Positions 27,610 to 40,954 of a DNA stretch of 64,000 nucleotides are shown here, piece after piece. The position numbers and the translations under genes were made by a program. The notes beneath the pieces are model-generated. The model saw only the letters and a list, made by a program, of their open reading frames with translations, did not search any database and was not told the origin of the DNA. Within the stretch, counting starts at the first letter, position 1. Every line of letters begins with the position of its first letter. Source of the stretch: Octopus vulgaris (taxonomy: Eukaryota); NCBI GenBank assembly GCA_951406725.2, contig OX597835.1, positions 28,148,001 through 28,212,000 on the forward strand, given 5' to 3'.

Positions 27610-28158
27610 GAGTGAGAGAGCAGTGCATGCCATCAAAGTGACACTGGCGTAAAATATACGAAGCCCAGTATACCTATCATGACTACCCAGCTGATAAGCG
27701 TACACCAGGCACATGCATCACAACCATATGTGCACGACATGGCGATCTCATATCAAGATAAACAGCGCATGACCTTGCAGGTGGGGCCCAGTTAGAATTT
27801 TCTTTGGGTCGAGTAACCCATCCCGCTCAAAAGGTCCCTGAATAAAGATTGTTTAAGGATGTTGAACGAAGCACCCATGTTTCCAAAGGTGAATTATCCA
27901 AACCTCTAAGAATTATTTTCAACACACGGCTATGATGCTCCCCCACTACTCCTGCTCATGATCAGAGATGCACATATCGTCAGCCACAAAGGGACATGCT
28001 CAACTGGTTAAGGTCCAACAACTGACAAGCAAATCTGTGGTATTGAGCAGAATATTTGCTGTAGACCATCTTTTATACCGAGACAAAACAATGTACATGA
28101 TAACACTTCCAATCAGTTAAGATCAGAAGCCATGAGAGCCACTGCCTGGTACTGCATC
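27610..28158. mobile_element. Unclassified interspersed repeat
   Basis: 27920-28158 is closely matched by 49960-50203; flanked by (ATT)n; no coding similarity recognised. Confidence 0.65.
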
Positions 28159-30443
28159 TAATGATAATAATGACCTTGTAATCATGAGCCAAATATCTTA
28201 ACCACTTAGCCATGCTCTTTTACCCATCTTATCAACTGCCATACTGTAAAGATGTTAAAATTCATAGATATTTAATGAAATTAAGAAAAAAAAGCACCTG
28301 TATACAAAATAATAGAAAGGAAAAAAAATTGATAAAAACAAAATGTTAAATTGATAAAAATAAATATTATTGGTTCACCATTAGTTCATTGTCAAGCCAA
28401 CTTACTCTCAGAACAGCTAAATTACTAACTTAACTAATTAACTAATTGCTATCTCAAACCTGTCAACTTTTGTTCTCATTAACCTTCGACTCTGGCCATT
28501 TCAGTTCGTACCATTAACTCCTAGCTCGTTAAATTTAAACTGTTTAACACATGTGGTCTAGGGATGGATATGTATGGCTCCTGTTTATGAGTTTGTGTGG
28601 TCAGTTCCTGGTCTGAGCAGCATACATTGTGTCCTTGAGCAAGGACTTTCATCATCATCATCATCCTCATTATTGTCATTCAGTGTTCATTGTCCATGTT
28701 GGTATGGGTTGGACAGTTTGACCAGGGTTGGTAAGCTGAGGGGCTGCACCAGACTCCAGTCCAATTTAGCATGGTTTTTATGGCTGGATGCCCTTCCTAA
28801 CGCCAACCACTCCGAGAATGTAATGGGTGTTTTTACGTGCCACTGGCACCAGTATCTGCCATGACTACGATTTCTCTTGGCTTGATGGGTCTTCTCAACC
28901 ACAGCATATTGCTAGATATCTCAGTCATTTGTCATTGCCTCCGTGAGGCCCAATGCACAAAAGAAGGGGCTTTTTACATTCCACCAGCACAGGAAAGAGC
29001 TGTACCAGTAACCACTTAGTTTCTGGTGTAGCCATGTCTCCTTCAAAACCATCACTTCTGTAATGTCCTGCTAGATCAAAGATGGAGAGCTCAAGAAATG
29101 TGTGCATGCCTGCTTGTAGTTACTTAGGCCCTGAAAGCAATTAGTGAAACCTTAGGTGCATGCATGGTTGCATGGTTATAAAGTTTGCTTCCCAACCACA
29201 AGGATTTGGGGTTCAGTCCCACTGTGTGAAACCTTGAGTGAATGTCTTTTACTATAACACCAGGCTGACTAAAGTCTTGTGAATGAATTCAGTAGATGGA
29301 AAACTGGCATCCAGGGGGGCGAATAGTTCAATGGGCCAGCCTTGTGCCAAGTAAGCAATCACTTCATTTGAATTCATGATTAATTCAATACCTTGTAAAT
29401 AAATAAGTTTATTTCATAAAGTAAACTGAATGCTAAAGGCAGGGGCGGACCCAAGGGGGTGGGGCTGAGGGGCACCTGCTGCCCCTCAAGGAAAGAAGTG
29501 CAACCTTCTAAATACTGTTATTAGGCTCTTTTCTCTTGGAATTGCATTCCCTTCTGAATGTGTACCCTCACTTTGAAAAATTCTTGGGACCTGCACCTGA
29601 AAGGGTTTAGCCAGAAGCTATGTTGTCTGACTTTGACTTGGGTCTTTCATGAGCCCCAGGACCCACGAAACCAGTTGGAGGCTGGTATGCATGGGTGACT
29701 GCTGGTCTTCCGTAAACAACCTTGTCCAGATTCGTGCCCAGGTGCAATCCCATAATCATTAATGACTGAAGGGAGTCTTTACGTTTAGTACTCCATCCGA
29801 CCCATACAAGCATGGGAAACTGGACATTAAAATGATGATGATTAATATGATTGATGATGATTGATAATGATTGATATGATTGATGATGATTAAGTGGCAC
29901 CAGGAAGTTAAAATAGGATCGACGACCCCCTGGTCTAAGGCATTCGGCTTAGGCAACCATCAGGTAATTTAAGCTTGTGGTTTTAAGGTCTTGCTGCTTA
30001 CGTCTTCACATTGCTAAATGGTGTACACAATATTGAGATTAACTTTACAATTATAAAATTATACAGTGAGACTGAAATAAATAGCTGTAAGCTTCTAATT
30101 AACGTGATCTGCATAACAGTACGATGGGAAATCTTGGCTTTTGAGACTCTAAGAGAGAACTTTCAATGGCCAGGTCTTTTGTTCACCTTTCAAATAGTAT
30201 ACCAAGTGAATCTAATTAAGTAGGCCTTCATAATTGCTTTACTTATTTATTTACTCGTTTTTTAATCAATTCCTGGTGCAATTAGCTGGGTGATTCAGTA
30301 CATTGATACACAGGCCTCAAACACTAAATGGATCTTATTATAATATTCCGGGTTCCATTTTGGTTTTGAATCATTGTGAAGAGTCCTTCTTTCTATTATT
30401 AATTCACAACCAGTGTTTCCCAATAATCAATCGAATCTATGTA

Positions 30444-30830
<387 letters not shown>

Positions 30831-31625
30831 AAGGTGGTAAGCTGGCAGAATTGTTAGTGTTCTGGACAAAATGCTTAGCGGTATTTTGTCTGCCGCTACA
30901 TTCTGAGTTCAAATTCTGCCGAGGTCAACTTTGCCTTTCATCCTTTCGGGGTCAATTAAATAAGTACCAGTTACGCACTGGAGTCGATATAATCGACTTA
31001 ATCTGTTTGTCTGTCCTTGTTTGTCCCCTCTGTGTTTAGCCCCTTGTGGGTAGTAAAGAAATAAGAAACGTTAGCACGCCGGGCGAAATGCTTAGTGGTA
31101 TTTCCTCTGTCTTTACGTTCTGAGTTCAAATTCCGCCGAGGTCGACTTTGCCTTTCATCCTTTCGGGGTCAATTAAATAAGTACTAGTTACGCACTGGAG
31201 TCGATATAATCGACTTAATCTGTTTGTCTGTCCTTGTTTGTCCTCTCTGTGTTTAACCCCCTGTGGGTAGTAAAAAAAATAGGTATTTTGTCTGTCTCTA
31301 CGTTCTGAGTTCAAATTCCGCCGAGGTCGATTTTTTTCCCTTTCATTCTTTCAGGATCAATGAATTAAGTACCAGTGAAACACTGGGTCAGTGTTATTGA
31401 CTAGTCCCCTTCCCACAAATTTGAGCCCTTGTGCCTCCAGTAGAAAGGATTATTATTAGCAGTATTTCACCCGTTGCTACGTTCCGAGTTCAAATTCTGC
31501 CAAGGTTGATGTTGTCTTTCATCTTTTCGGGGTTGATTATTTAAGTACCAGTTACATACTGGGGTTGATGTAATCGACTCATCGCCTCCCCCAAAATTGC
31601 TGCCCTTGTGGCAAGATTTGAAACT
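30831..31625 (+). mobile_element. SINE family H cluster (about four bodies)
   Basis: Repeated gttcaaattc...gtcgactttgcctttcatcc cores. Confidence 0.8.
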
Positions 31626-32011
31626 ATTATCATTATTATTATTTCATCATCATCATCATCAACATTATCTTCATTATTGTGTGTTTTTCTCTGCACAGCT
31701 GAGAGTAGATCTGTGTGCTGTAAGTGTATGCAGTGTAGAATGTTCTGGTGTACTCTACATATGTGTAGTATGCCATGGAAACCAGGAAACTGGCCCTTAT
31801 GAGTTGGCATAACTTGAGAAAGTAACTTCACCTAACTTTTACTACCAGAAATGGTTTAACTCTTTTAGCATTCACATTCTGTCAAAAGAAATGCTTTTTA
31901 ATTCACATTGTTTTGAATTAATCATGCATTACCATGTCACTATAAGATTTTGATGGGGTAACTGTTAATTTTTCTTAGAATGATATCGTATGAGATAGGG
32001 TTAGTTTAAAT

Positions 32012-32559
32012 CAGGGGTTCTCGACCATTTTTTTTATCTACGGACCCCTTTCATTACTATTTTATTCTGGTGGACCCCCACAGTTATTCAATGTTTAAAA
32101 ACTAATTTTATACGAACTTCTTTCAAAATCCCTATTTTGTTTTCCACACATTAACTTGTGTAAGTTGAGCATATAAAATGTTAGAGAAAGAAACCCAGCT
32201 GTTGCTTGCAGCACATACATCAAAAGCAAAATTTTTTCAGGAGCCCTTGAAATACTATCATGGATCCCCAATTTACTATTTTGTTGCGTGGACCCCAAAA
32301 ATCTCATATGGAACCTCAGGGGCCATATGACCCCAGTTGAGAACCATTGACCTAATACAGAGGTTCTCAACTGGTGGTTCCCGACCTCCCTGGAGGGTCA
32401 TGAAGCCTTGGCAGGGGTGGGGTCACAAAGCCTTGCTAGAAGTGGCTTGGGATAATATTAATTTCATAAAATGTAAATTAAGCTACTGATAGTAGGGGTC
32501 ACGTGGGTTTCAAGCTTTTGGGTAAGGCGTCGCGAGTGCAAAAACATTGGGAACCGCTG
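32012..32559. mobile_element. Two adjacent hAT-like MITEs (32012-32349 and 32358-32559)
   Basis: Ends caggggttctc...gagaaccattg and cagaggttctc...gggaaccgctg; TSDs are degraded. Confidence 0.6.
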
Positions 32560-32644
32560 GTCTAATTACATCAGAGTACATGTTAGATGATTTTGCAGTA
32601 TATTCAATGTACAATGGTTTGTCTGATTATATCAAAACCTCTCC

Positions 32645-32862
32645 AAGGCGGCGAGCTGGCAGAAACGTTAGCATACCGGGCGAAATGCATAGCCGTATTT
32701 CATCTGTCACTACGTCCTGAGTTCAAATTCCGCCAAGGTCGACTTTGCCTTTCATCCTTTCGGGGTCGATAAATTAAGTACCAGTTACGCACTGGGGTCG
32801 ATATAATCTACTTAATCCGTTTGTCTGTCCTTGTTTAGCCCCTTGTGGGTAGTAAAGAAATA
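32645..32862 (+). mobile_element. SINE family H monomer with TSD
   Basis: Flanked by the direct repeat tatatcaaaacctctc. Confidence 0.85.
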
Positions 32863-33142
32863 TATATCAAAACCTCTCAAAGTATCAATGTTTGTAAGTG
32901 AAAGCTAGGACAGTTTATTGATAATGAGATCAAGAGTGCAGTGAACGATCAAAATTGGTTGATCCTGCCTTGATGTTGATTTTCCCTGATCATTTACCAT
33001 CTTTACATTGGGAATAGTACCGTACATTCTTCTATTATTAATCGCTTATAGTTTAGATTGAACTTTATCACTTCTATTCAGGTGTTGATAAGGAAACAAT
33101 TAGGTTATCATGTTAGAAGAAAAAAAAATATCTTGTGATTAT

Positions 33143-33758
33143 ACTCTTTACTCTTTTACTTGTTTCAGTCATTTGACTGCGGCCATGCTGGAGCACCGCC
33201 TTTAGTCGAGCAAATCGACCCCGGGACTTATTCTTTGTAAGCCCAGTACTTATTTTATCGGTCTCTTTTGCCGAACCACTAAGTGACAGGGATGTAAACA
33301 CACCAGCATCGGTTGTCAAGCAATGCTAGGGGTACAAACACAAACACAAACACACACACACATACATATATATATATACATAACGGGAAGCTTTATGAAA
33401 ATAGACAAAAGACGAAGGCAGGTGGAAAACAAACGAACAATTGTATTAGTATGGCGCTCAGGAAATATAAATAAAACAAGTCTTTAACGTTTCGAGCCTA
33501 CGCTCTTCAACAGAAAGATACACAGAGAGAAAAAAAACACAGAAAGAAGGAGAGAAAAAAGAGAGAAAATAAACACAGAAAGAAGGAGAGAAACGACAGG
33601 CTTCTTTCAGTTTCTGTCTACCAAATCCACTCACAAGGCATTGGTCGGCCCGGGGCTATAGCAGAAGACACTTGCCCAAGATGCCACGCAGTGGGACTGA
33701 ACCCGGAACCATGTGGTTTGTTAGCAAGCTACTTACCACACAGCCACTCCTGCGCCTA
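33143..33758 (-). mobile_element. SINE family A split by the hammerhead-bearing insertion
   Basis: Family A resumes at acgacaggcttctttc (33593) after about 210 bp of foreign sequence. Confidence 0.85.
33481..33518 (-). ncRNA. Minimal hammerhead-like motif within an insertion (about 33382-33592) that splits a SINE
   Basis: Reverse complement: tcttt-CTGTTGA-A-gagc-gtag-gctc-GAAA-cg-TT-aaaga; 5-bp helix I, A6->U core variant. Confidence 0.55.
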
Positions 33759-33839
33759 TGTATTTGTTGTTGTTTCTGGCTGATAGGATGTGCACCAGTA
33801 AATGTTTCTTCTGAGGTATATTACAGCCTCCGAGCTGTA

Positions 33840-34071
33840 AAGGCGGTGAGCTGGCAGAAACATTAGCATGCCGGGCAAAATGCGTAGCCGTATTTCGTCT
33901 GCCGTTACGTTCTGAGTTCAAATTCCTCTGAGGTCGACTTTGCCTTTCACCCTTTCAGGGTCGATAAATTAAGTACCAGTTATGCACGAGGGTCAATGTA
34001 ATCGACTTAATCTGTTTGTCTGTCCTTGTTTGTCTCCTCTGTGTTCAGCCCCTTGTGGGTAGTAAAGAAAT
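33840..34071 (+). mobile_element. SINE family H monomer with TSD
   Basis: Flanked by aggtatattacagcctc(c/t)gagc. Confidence 0.85.
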
Positions 34072-34479
34072 AGGTATATTACAGCCTCTGAGCCTAATAA
34101 AAAAAAAAGTGGGGGTTAGTTTGAACATAAAGCAGGTAGAATATTTTGGTAAGATATGGCTTGTTTAAATGCTAAAGGGTCAAAGTCATTAAGTCATTCT
34201 CAAGACACCTGTTATAGAAATTCATTATTATTTCTTCAATTGTCCATCAAGGTTAGCTTTGTCTCTTGTCCTTTCAGGGTTGATAAAATAAGTACCAGTT
34301 CAACACTGGGGGACACAATGCAATTGATTTACCACGCCCTAAAAATTGCTGGCCTTGTACCAAAATTTGAAACGATTATTTCTTCAACAGTTTCATGCAA
34401 GTTTCTGCTGCTACACCTGGGGTACCTCCATGTTCCGCACGAGTGTGCAGCATTGTGCTATTACTTTCATGGGTGGTCA

Positions 34480-34930
34480 GTCATCATCACCATCATTGTT
34501 CGACCGTGGTTGAGACAATGGAATTTACTATGCTACACCAGACTTCACGGTCCATCATAGCATTACGGAGGTCCTGTTGCTGGATGCCTGTATCCCTGGA
34601 GATTACATCAGGGGAGAAGAGTAGAAATTGCCTCGTTTTCAGCTCTACAACAATGTCCAGCAAACTGGACTCTCCTACCTTTCACAAGAGATGACACAGG
34701 TGGTAGTTTCCCATATATTTGCATTTTGGTTGGATGACACTTCCACGAGAGATTTTGAGCTCTCATAAGGAGGCGAGTGTAGGTTCCATCCAACTGCCTC
34801 TCAAGCTTCTTTGATAACATCCAGGTTTCTGAGCCATATAGTAGAATTGGTTCGCCTGTGGCTTTGAAGATTTCAAGTGTGAAGTCTCTACTTAGATTTG
34901 ATGACCAGATCTTATGCATGTCGTTAAGAC
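34480..34930 (-). mobile_element. RTE-clade LINE 3' fragment (different family)
   Basis: EPILLYGSETWMLSKKLERQLDGTYTRLLMRAQNLSWK...RRVQFAGHCCR contains the YGSETW motif. Confidence 0.85.
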
Positions 34931-35190
34931 TATGGGTGGTCAAAGGAGTTTAGACACCTCCTGTTAGTGGACTGCATCAGTTGGTTTTGCCATGGGGTCC
35001 AGTTATATTAGTGTGTGTAATGTAAGTTGTGTTATTCTATGGCATATTAATCCAAATGCTGCCAAAGTTGTATTTTATCATGATTTTTATTATTCTTTTA
35101 ACTAAGGCAGCAAGCTGGCAGAATTGTTAGCATCTAGGGCTAAAATGCTTAGTGGCATTTTGTTTGTCTTTCAGTTCCGAGTTCAAATTC

Positions 35191-35445
35191 CACCTGTAAA
35201 AAAAAAGATAATATAAAAGGAGAAGAGGCTCTCTACCCCTTTTTGACCAGGCTCCCATGGCTTTTATGGGTTTTCCCACGAGTAACCTTTCAAAGCACCT
35301 CCCCCTATTGGGAATTTTATTTGTTATATTTTTCAATGTTATTTGGACCTTTCTTTTTCGCAAAACCCTTTGTTCTTTTCATCCCGTGTTTGTCCTTACA
35401 TATTTTTTGATTTATGTTAGCCCCTGTGGCCAATAAACCAGAATT
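35191..35445 (+). mobile_element. Putative Tx1/L1-like LINE 3' end, copy 1, fused behind a SINE H head
   Basis: Matches 36268-36545 and 37318-37609; begins directly after gagttcaaattc. Confidence 0.6.
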
Positions 35446-35446
35446 A

Positions 35447-35482
<36 letters not shown>

Positions 35483-35714
35483 GTTATTGTTATTTGTTTA
35501 GGTGGCAAGATGGCAGAATCATTAGCATGCCAGGTGAAATGCTTAGCGGCATTTCGTTCATCTTTACATTCTGAGCTCAAATTCTGTCGAGGTTGACTTT
35601 GCCTTTCATCCTTTTGGGGTTGAGAAATTAAGTACCAGTGAAGCACTGGGGTTGATTAAATCAACTAGTTCCCAACCTACCAAAAGTTTGGACCGTGTAT
35701 CTACAGTAGGAAGG

Positions 35715-35756
<42 letters not shown>

Positions 35757-36169
35757 ATGCCGGTGGCACGTAAAAAGCACCCACTACACTCTTGGGGTGG
35801 TTGGCATTAGGAAGGTCATCCAGCTGTAGAAACTCTGCCAGATCAAGATTGGAGCCTGCCCTCAGTCAAAATCGTCCAACCCATGCTAGCATGTAAAGCG
35901 GACTTTAAATGATGATGATGATGATTATTATCATTAAAGGATTCACGTAACTCTTCCCATAGGTAAACAGACAAGACAAAAGAGCATTATGTGATTGCAA
36001 TAAATGATGATGTCATTCCATCAATGTGTGGACACTGGTTGCTTTTGTCCATACTTTAAATTTAAATTTCTATAAATTTGAATTTTTATCACTTCTTATT
36101 TCGAACTCGACAAAGACAGGCTTGCTGTCAAGATATTGTTCAACCAATAAAATATCTATTGCAATCACA

Positions 36170-36545
36170 TCGTGCTCTTTGTCTTGTCTATTATTATTAG
36201 CAAATTTATTGAAAGCTGGGTGAATGTCAGAAGAATGGCCAGTATGAACGGACCAATTCTGAGGATACACCTGTAAAAAAAAGGTAATATAAAAGGAGAA
36301 AGGGGCTCTCTACCCCACTTTTGACCAGGCTCCCATGGATTTTATGGGTTTTTCCACAAGTAACCTTTCGAAACGCCTCTCCCTATTGAGAGTTTTTTAC
36401 TTGTTATATTGACGCTGTTATCTTGCATTTTTACACGGACTTTTCAAACGGACAAAACCCTTTTTGTAACTTTCGTCCTGTATTTTGCCCTTACATGTTT
36501 TATTTGATTTTTGTTAGCCCTTGTGGCCAATAAACGAACGAATGA
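36170..36545 (+). mobile_element. Putative Tx1/L1-like LINE 3' end, copy 2
   Basis: Reading frame ends KFIESWVNVRRMASMNGPILRIHL*, then a U-rich 3'UTR ending gttagcccttgtggccaataaa. The clade assignment is inference from the F...W terminus. Confidence 0.55.
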
Positions 36546-37265
36546 ATTATTATTATTATTATTATTGTTAGAACTATGGGTAACCAGAAGTGTCAAGCCA
36601 AACTCTACCTTTTCCTCACAAATTATTAGTCTTTGTGTGTGTGTGTGTGTGTATGTGGTTTGTCATTGTCATTATAAAAAGGAATAGTAAAGGGACACCT
36701 TTGATGAAGTATTCAGATATGCACTGTACCTTGAAAATGGTTACGGTTGAAAGGACTTGCATAGTTTTAAGTAGATCTTATACATTCCTTGTCCAGTAGT
36801 GACAGCAGTGGTGGTAAATGAGGTTGGAATGCTTTTATAAAATTATGAAGCTTATAGGATTATGATGACTGGAATTTGTGTTTGTCTGAGTAAATATTTT
36901 GCTCTGTGTGAAATATTGAAATTTTTCCATTTGCTTTTGTTTGATAGAATTCATTATTTTATCCTACTCAAATCGAGAGACCCTCCTGTTATCACTCTGG
37001 CTTAATCTTGGGTTCAGGAGAACTAGGTCAGTCATACTCTAAATATCATAAGTTAGACACAAAAAAAAAATCATTGAACTTTGCTGTAACATAATCTTGA
37101 GTCAAGGTGAAGAAGGTCACGCTCTAGATAACACAAATTCAGAGGAAAAAAGATTAACTCTTTGTTACCATATTTCTGTTGAAATTCATAGCTTTTGTTT
37201 CGGTCAGTTTTGAAAATAACGAAGAATTTAGTTAAGGAACTTCTATTATTAAGCTGGTGTAAAGG

Positions 37266-37609
37266 TGGGTGAATTGTGCAAGAATGGCCAGTATAAATGG
37301 ACCAATTCCGAGGTTTCGCCTGTAATTGAAAAAGGTATTATAAAAGGAGAAAGGGGCTCTCTACCCCACTTTTGACCAGGCTCCTGTGGCTTTTATGGGT
37401 TTTTCCATGTGAGACCTTTTCTTTTTTCGAAGCGTCTCCTCTTGGAGTTTTGTAAACTGTTGAATTTTTTTTTCGTTGTTATAAAGCTTGTTTACACGGA
37501 CTTTTTTCTTTCGAAAAATGGACAAAACCTTTTGTAACCTTTCGTCGTGTTTTGTCCCTTTATGTTTTCCAATCATGTTTGTCAGCCCTTGTGGCCAATA
37601 AAAGAATTA
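37266..37609 (+). mobile_element. Putative Tx1/L1-like LINE 3' end, copy 3, with a 21-bp TSD
   Basis: attattaagctggtgtaaagg occurs at 37245-37265 and 37610-37630. Confidence 0.7.
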
Positions 37610-37626
37610 ATTATTAAGCTGGTGTA

Positions 37627-38525
37627 AAGGCAGCAAGCTGGCAGAATCGTTAGCACGCTGGGTGAAATGCTTAGCGGTATTTTGTCTGTCTTTACGTTCT
37701 GAGTTCAAATTCCGCCAAGGTCAACTTTGCCTTTCATCCCTTCGGGGTCTATATATTAAGTACCAGTTATGCACTGGGGTCGATGTAATCGACTTAATCC
37801 CTTTGTCTGTCCTTGTTTGTCCCCGCTATGTTTAGCCCCTTATGGGCAATAAAGAAATAAGAATCGTTAGCATGCTGGATGAAATGCTTAGCAGAATTTT
37901 GTCTGTCTTTACGTTCTGAGTTCAAATTCCGCCAAGGTCAACTTTGCCTTTCATCCCTTCGGGGTCTATATATTAAGTACCAGTTATGCACTGGGGTCGA
38001 TGTAATCGACTTAATCCCTTTGTCTGTCCTTGTTTGTCCCCGCTATGTTTAGCCCTTATGGGCAATAAAGAAATAAGAATCGTTAGCATGCTGGATGAAA
38101 TGCTTAGCAGAATTTTGTCTGTCTTTACGTTCTGAGTTCAAATTCCGCCAAGGTCAACTTTGCCTTTCATCCCTTCGGGGTCTATATATTAAGTACCAGT
38201 TATGCACTGGGGTCGATGTAATCGACTTAATCCCTTTGTCTGTCCTTGTTTGTCCCCGCTATGTTTAGCCCCTTATGGGCAATAAAGAAATAAGAATCGT
38301 TAGCATGCTGGATGAAATGCTTAGCAGAATTTTATCTCTTTACGTTCTGAGTTCAAATTCCGCCAAGGTCAACTTTGCCTTTCATCTCTTCAGGGTCTAT
38401 ATATTAAGTACCAGTTATGCACTAGGGTCGATGTAATCGACTTAATCCCTTTGTCTCTCCTTGTTTGTCCCCTCTATGTTTAGCCCCTTGTGGGCAATAA
38501 AGAAATAAGAATCGTTAGCACGCTG
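37627..38525 (+). repeat. Tandem array of four SINE H units (~216 bp)
   Basis: gaatcgttagca at 37644, 37861, 38077, 38294 and 38509 (periods 217, 216, 217, 215). Confidence 0.92.
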
Positions 38526-39517
38526 AGGACGAAGAAGAGGGGGTGGGGGGAAAGAGAGAAGGAGGGGAGAAATAGAGGAAGGAGAGAAGAAAGAAGAGGA
38601 GGAAGATGGCAATGATTCAAAAGAGATACAAATGCATAACCCAAGTGCCAGCATGGAAAATGGACATTAAATGATGATGATGATGATTTGTAACATTGTT
38701 AGCATAGAGATCAGAAATTAGACTTAGCTCTCAATATTTGAAAAACAATTCAAGCCATCTCCACCAATTAATTGATAAGATATGACCAGCATGCTATGAC
38801 TTGAGGTTCATCTGATGAATAAGTTAATTCATATCAGTTCATAGGTAAACATCTAAGTTATCATTTTAGCATCCACTTTTCCATGCTTGCATGGGTTAGA
38901 CAGAATTCGTTGAGGCAGATTTTCTGTGGTCTGGCATCTTTCCTGTTGCTCATCCTCACCTGTTTCCAAGTAAGGTAGTATTTCTATGTGATTAGGCATA
39001 TTTTCAGAGAAGATTAGAGACGAGTGACACTGCTTGTATAACAGGGATGCTCATTTACAACTATCACTTGATGTTAAGACAAGGAAACATAACATAACAT
39101 AAAATTAGACATGTGTGTATGTGTGTGTGAAGGTGGATGGCCTAGTTGTTAAGATGTTGCACTCAAGATCACCAAATTGTGGTTTCAATTCCCTGGCTTG
39201 GTGCAAGCAATGCATTGTGTTCTTCAACAGTACACATCAGTTCACATCGGTGTGCAATTACTTTGACACCTGATGTGTAATACACTGTGTACCTGTACAG
39301 GCAATGTCGATCTGAAAGAGGGCTTCAGCTTACGTGCAACACAAACACTTGATCATTATAAACAAATTATCTGTGTGGTTGTTCAGCAAAAAATTGCAGA
39401 AACTCAAGTTAATTAGTAAAATAATTAACATTTCCTTTTTTTTCTTTTTTGCATTGTAAAGCTGGTGTTAGCAGCTTTTTCCTACGTGATACCTGTAAAC
39501 CTACATTTGGGCCTCCC

Positions 39518-39565
<48 letters not shown>

Positions 39566-39566
<1 letters not shown>

Positions 39567-39965
39567 TAGCAGTATCGCCCTGCGTTGCTCGGGTTTGTAA
39601 GGGAAATAACTATATAAGCATTTTTAGAGATGTAAAGTATAATAGCCATCTCAATATGGCTAACCACAAAGGGGGGGGGGTACTGTAGCTTTTTACGTTC
39701 TGAGATTTAATAATACATTTTTAGAGAGTTTCTTCCCTTATATAAAGCGAGCGAAAATGCATTAAAAATGCGGAAAAATTATGGTAAATTTTTTTTTAAA
39801 TCATAGACTCATCGTAGACGCGCGCTAATACCCAGAAGGGCTCGATATGAATCACGACTATAAGATACCCGCTTTTGGTTAAACTGCATCGCAAAATGTG
39901 GGAGTAGTTAGGAATCTAAATCGTAGGAGACAGACACCACACAACCTCACTTTTATATATATAGA
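39566..39965 (-). mobile_element. Non-autonomous Helitron
   Basis: Minus strand: A|TCTATATATA ... CCCGAGCAACGCAGGG hairpin ... CTAG|T, the canonical TC/CTAG ends at an AT target. Confidence 0.85.
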
Positions 39966-40219
39966 TATAGACATATACATACACACACATGTATAAACCT
40001 ATTTTTAATACATACATACACAATGTCATTTTTATGTTGGTATCTTTTCGCCATTTTACTATGAATCATTTTTTTTCCTTTTGCATATTTTTCTGCTGTT
40101 TTTCTTTTGTTGTTTTTTTAGTTTTTTTTTTTTTTTTTTGTTGGTTTCCATACTAAAATTTTTTTCCTTTTCTTTTCTCTCTTTTCCTCGCCCATCAACA
40201 ATGCTGCTACTGGTGACAG

Positions 40220-40608
40220 GTCTCTGTATTCTCTCCTGAAAATAAGGTTTAAAGTTCAGCAACACACAAAGAACCGTGAGACAATCGGTACACTCTTCAA
40301 GAAGATTGCAGACAGCCATCCAAACAAAATCGCATTTCGCATTGAAGACAGAATCTGGAATTACCAGAATGTCGAGGACTATTCTAATACCGTTGCCAAT
40401 CACTTCCTGCGAGCTGGCTACCACCCCGGTGACGTTGTGGCATTGTTCAAGGAAAGCTGCCCTGAGTATGTTTGCATATGGCTTGGTCTGTCAAAAATTG
40501 GCATCATCACAGCGCTGATTAATTTCAATCTGCGAGGATATTCCCTGTTGCACTGCATAAATGATGCAAAACCCAAAGCAATTATTTGCGGATCTGAATT
40601 GGCGAAAG
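40220..40608 (+). CDS. SLC27A4: FATP/SLC27A1/A4-like gene, first visible coding exon (389 nt; not the first exon of the gene)
   Basis: Acceptor gacag|g after a polypyrimidine tract; donor aaag|gtaacg. Translates SLYSLLKIRFKVQQHTKNRETIGTLFKKIADSHPNKIAFRIEDRIWNYQNVEDYSNTVANHFLRAGYHPGDVVALFKESCPEYVCIWLGLSKIGIITALINFNLRGYSLLHCINDAKPKAIICGSELAK, typical of the FATP N-terminal region. The symbol is the closest vertebrate family member; A1 versus A4 cannot be resolved. Confidence 0.9.
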
Positions 40609-40954
40609 GTAACGTACCCTTTTAAATTTGAACTTGACCATTTTGTTACCAATATTTCTGTTGTAACATGTTGTCAGTGCTGCAATTAAATTTGAACTTC
40701 GACCCATCCTTCGTTAACATATTTCTGTTGTAACATGTTCTTGGTTCTTCAATTAGTTTTGGTAAAAATAATTGAAGAATTTAGTAAAATTACTTTGTTG
40801 TTATCTATTCAGCTGGTGTTTGGAACATAAATTGACATTGAAATTTTGAAGGAAGATTTATTTTAACCCTTTAGCATTTAAACTGGCTGTATCTAGCCAA
40901 AATAATCTCCCTGTTTTATTTTCAAACTGACCAGATCTGTCCTCTCACACTTGG

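Noticed and set aside
27309-27714. Poly-I, poly-N and poly-L/S ORFs (also poly-V/C at 30303-30647)
   Set aside because: Trinucleotide repeats with no splice or domain context.
27905-27990. CTGACGA...GAAA on the minus strand as a hammerhead
   Set aside because: Helix II does not close next to GAAA and there is no helix I partner.
37644-38525. Tandem tRNA or ncRNA gene cluster
   Set aside because: The units are SINE H bodies with no cloverleaf acceptor stem.
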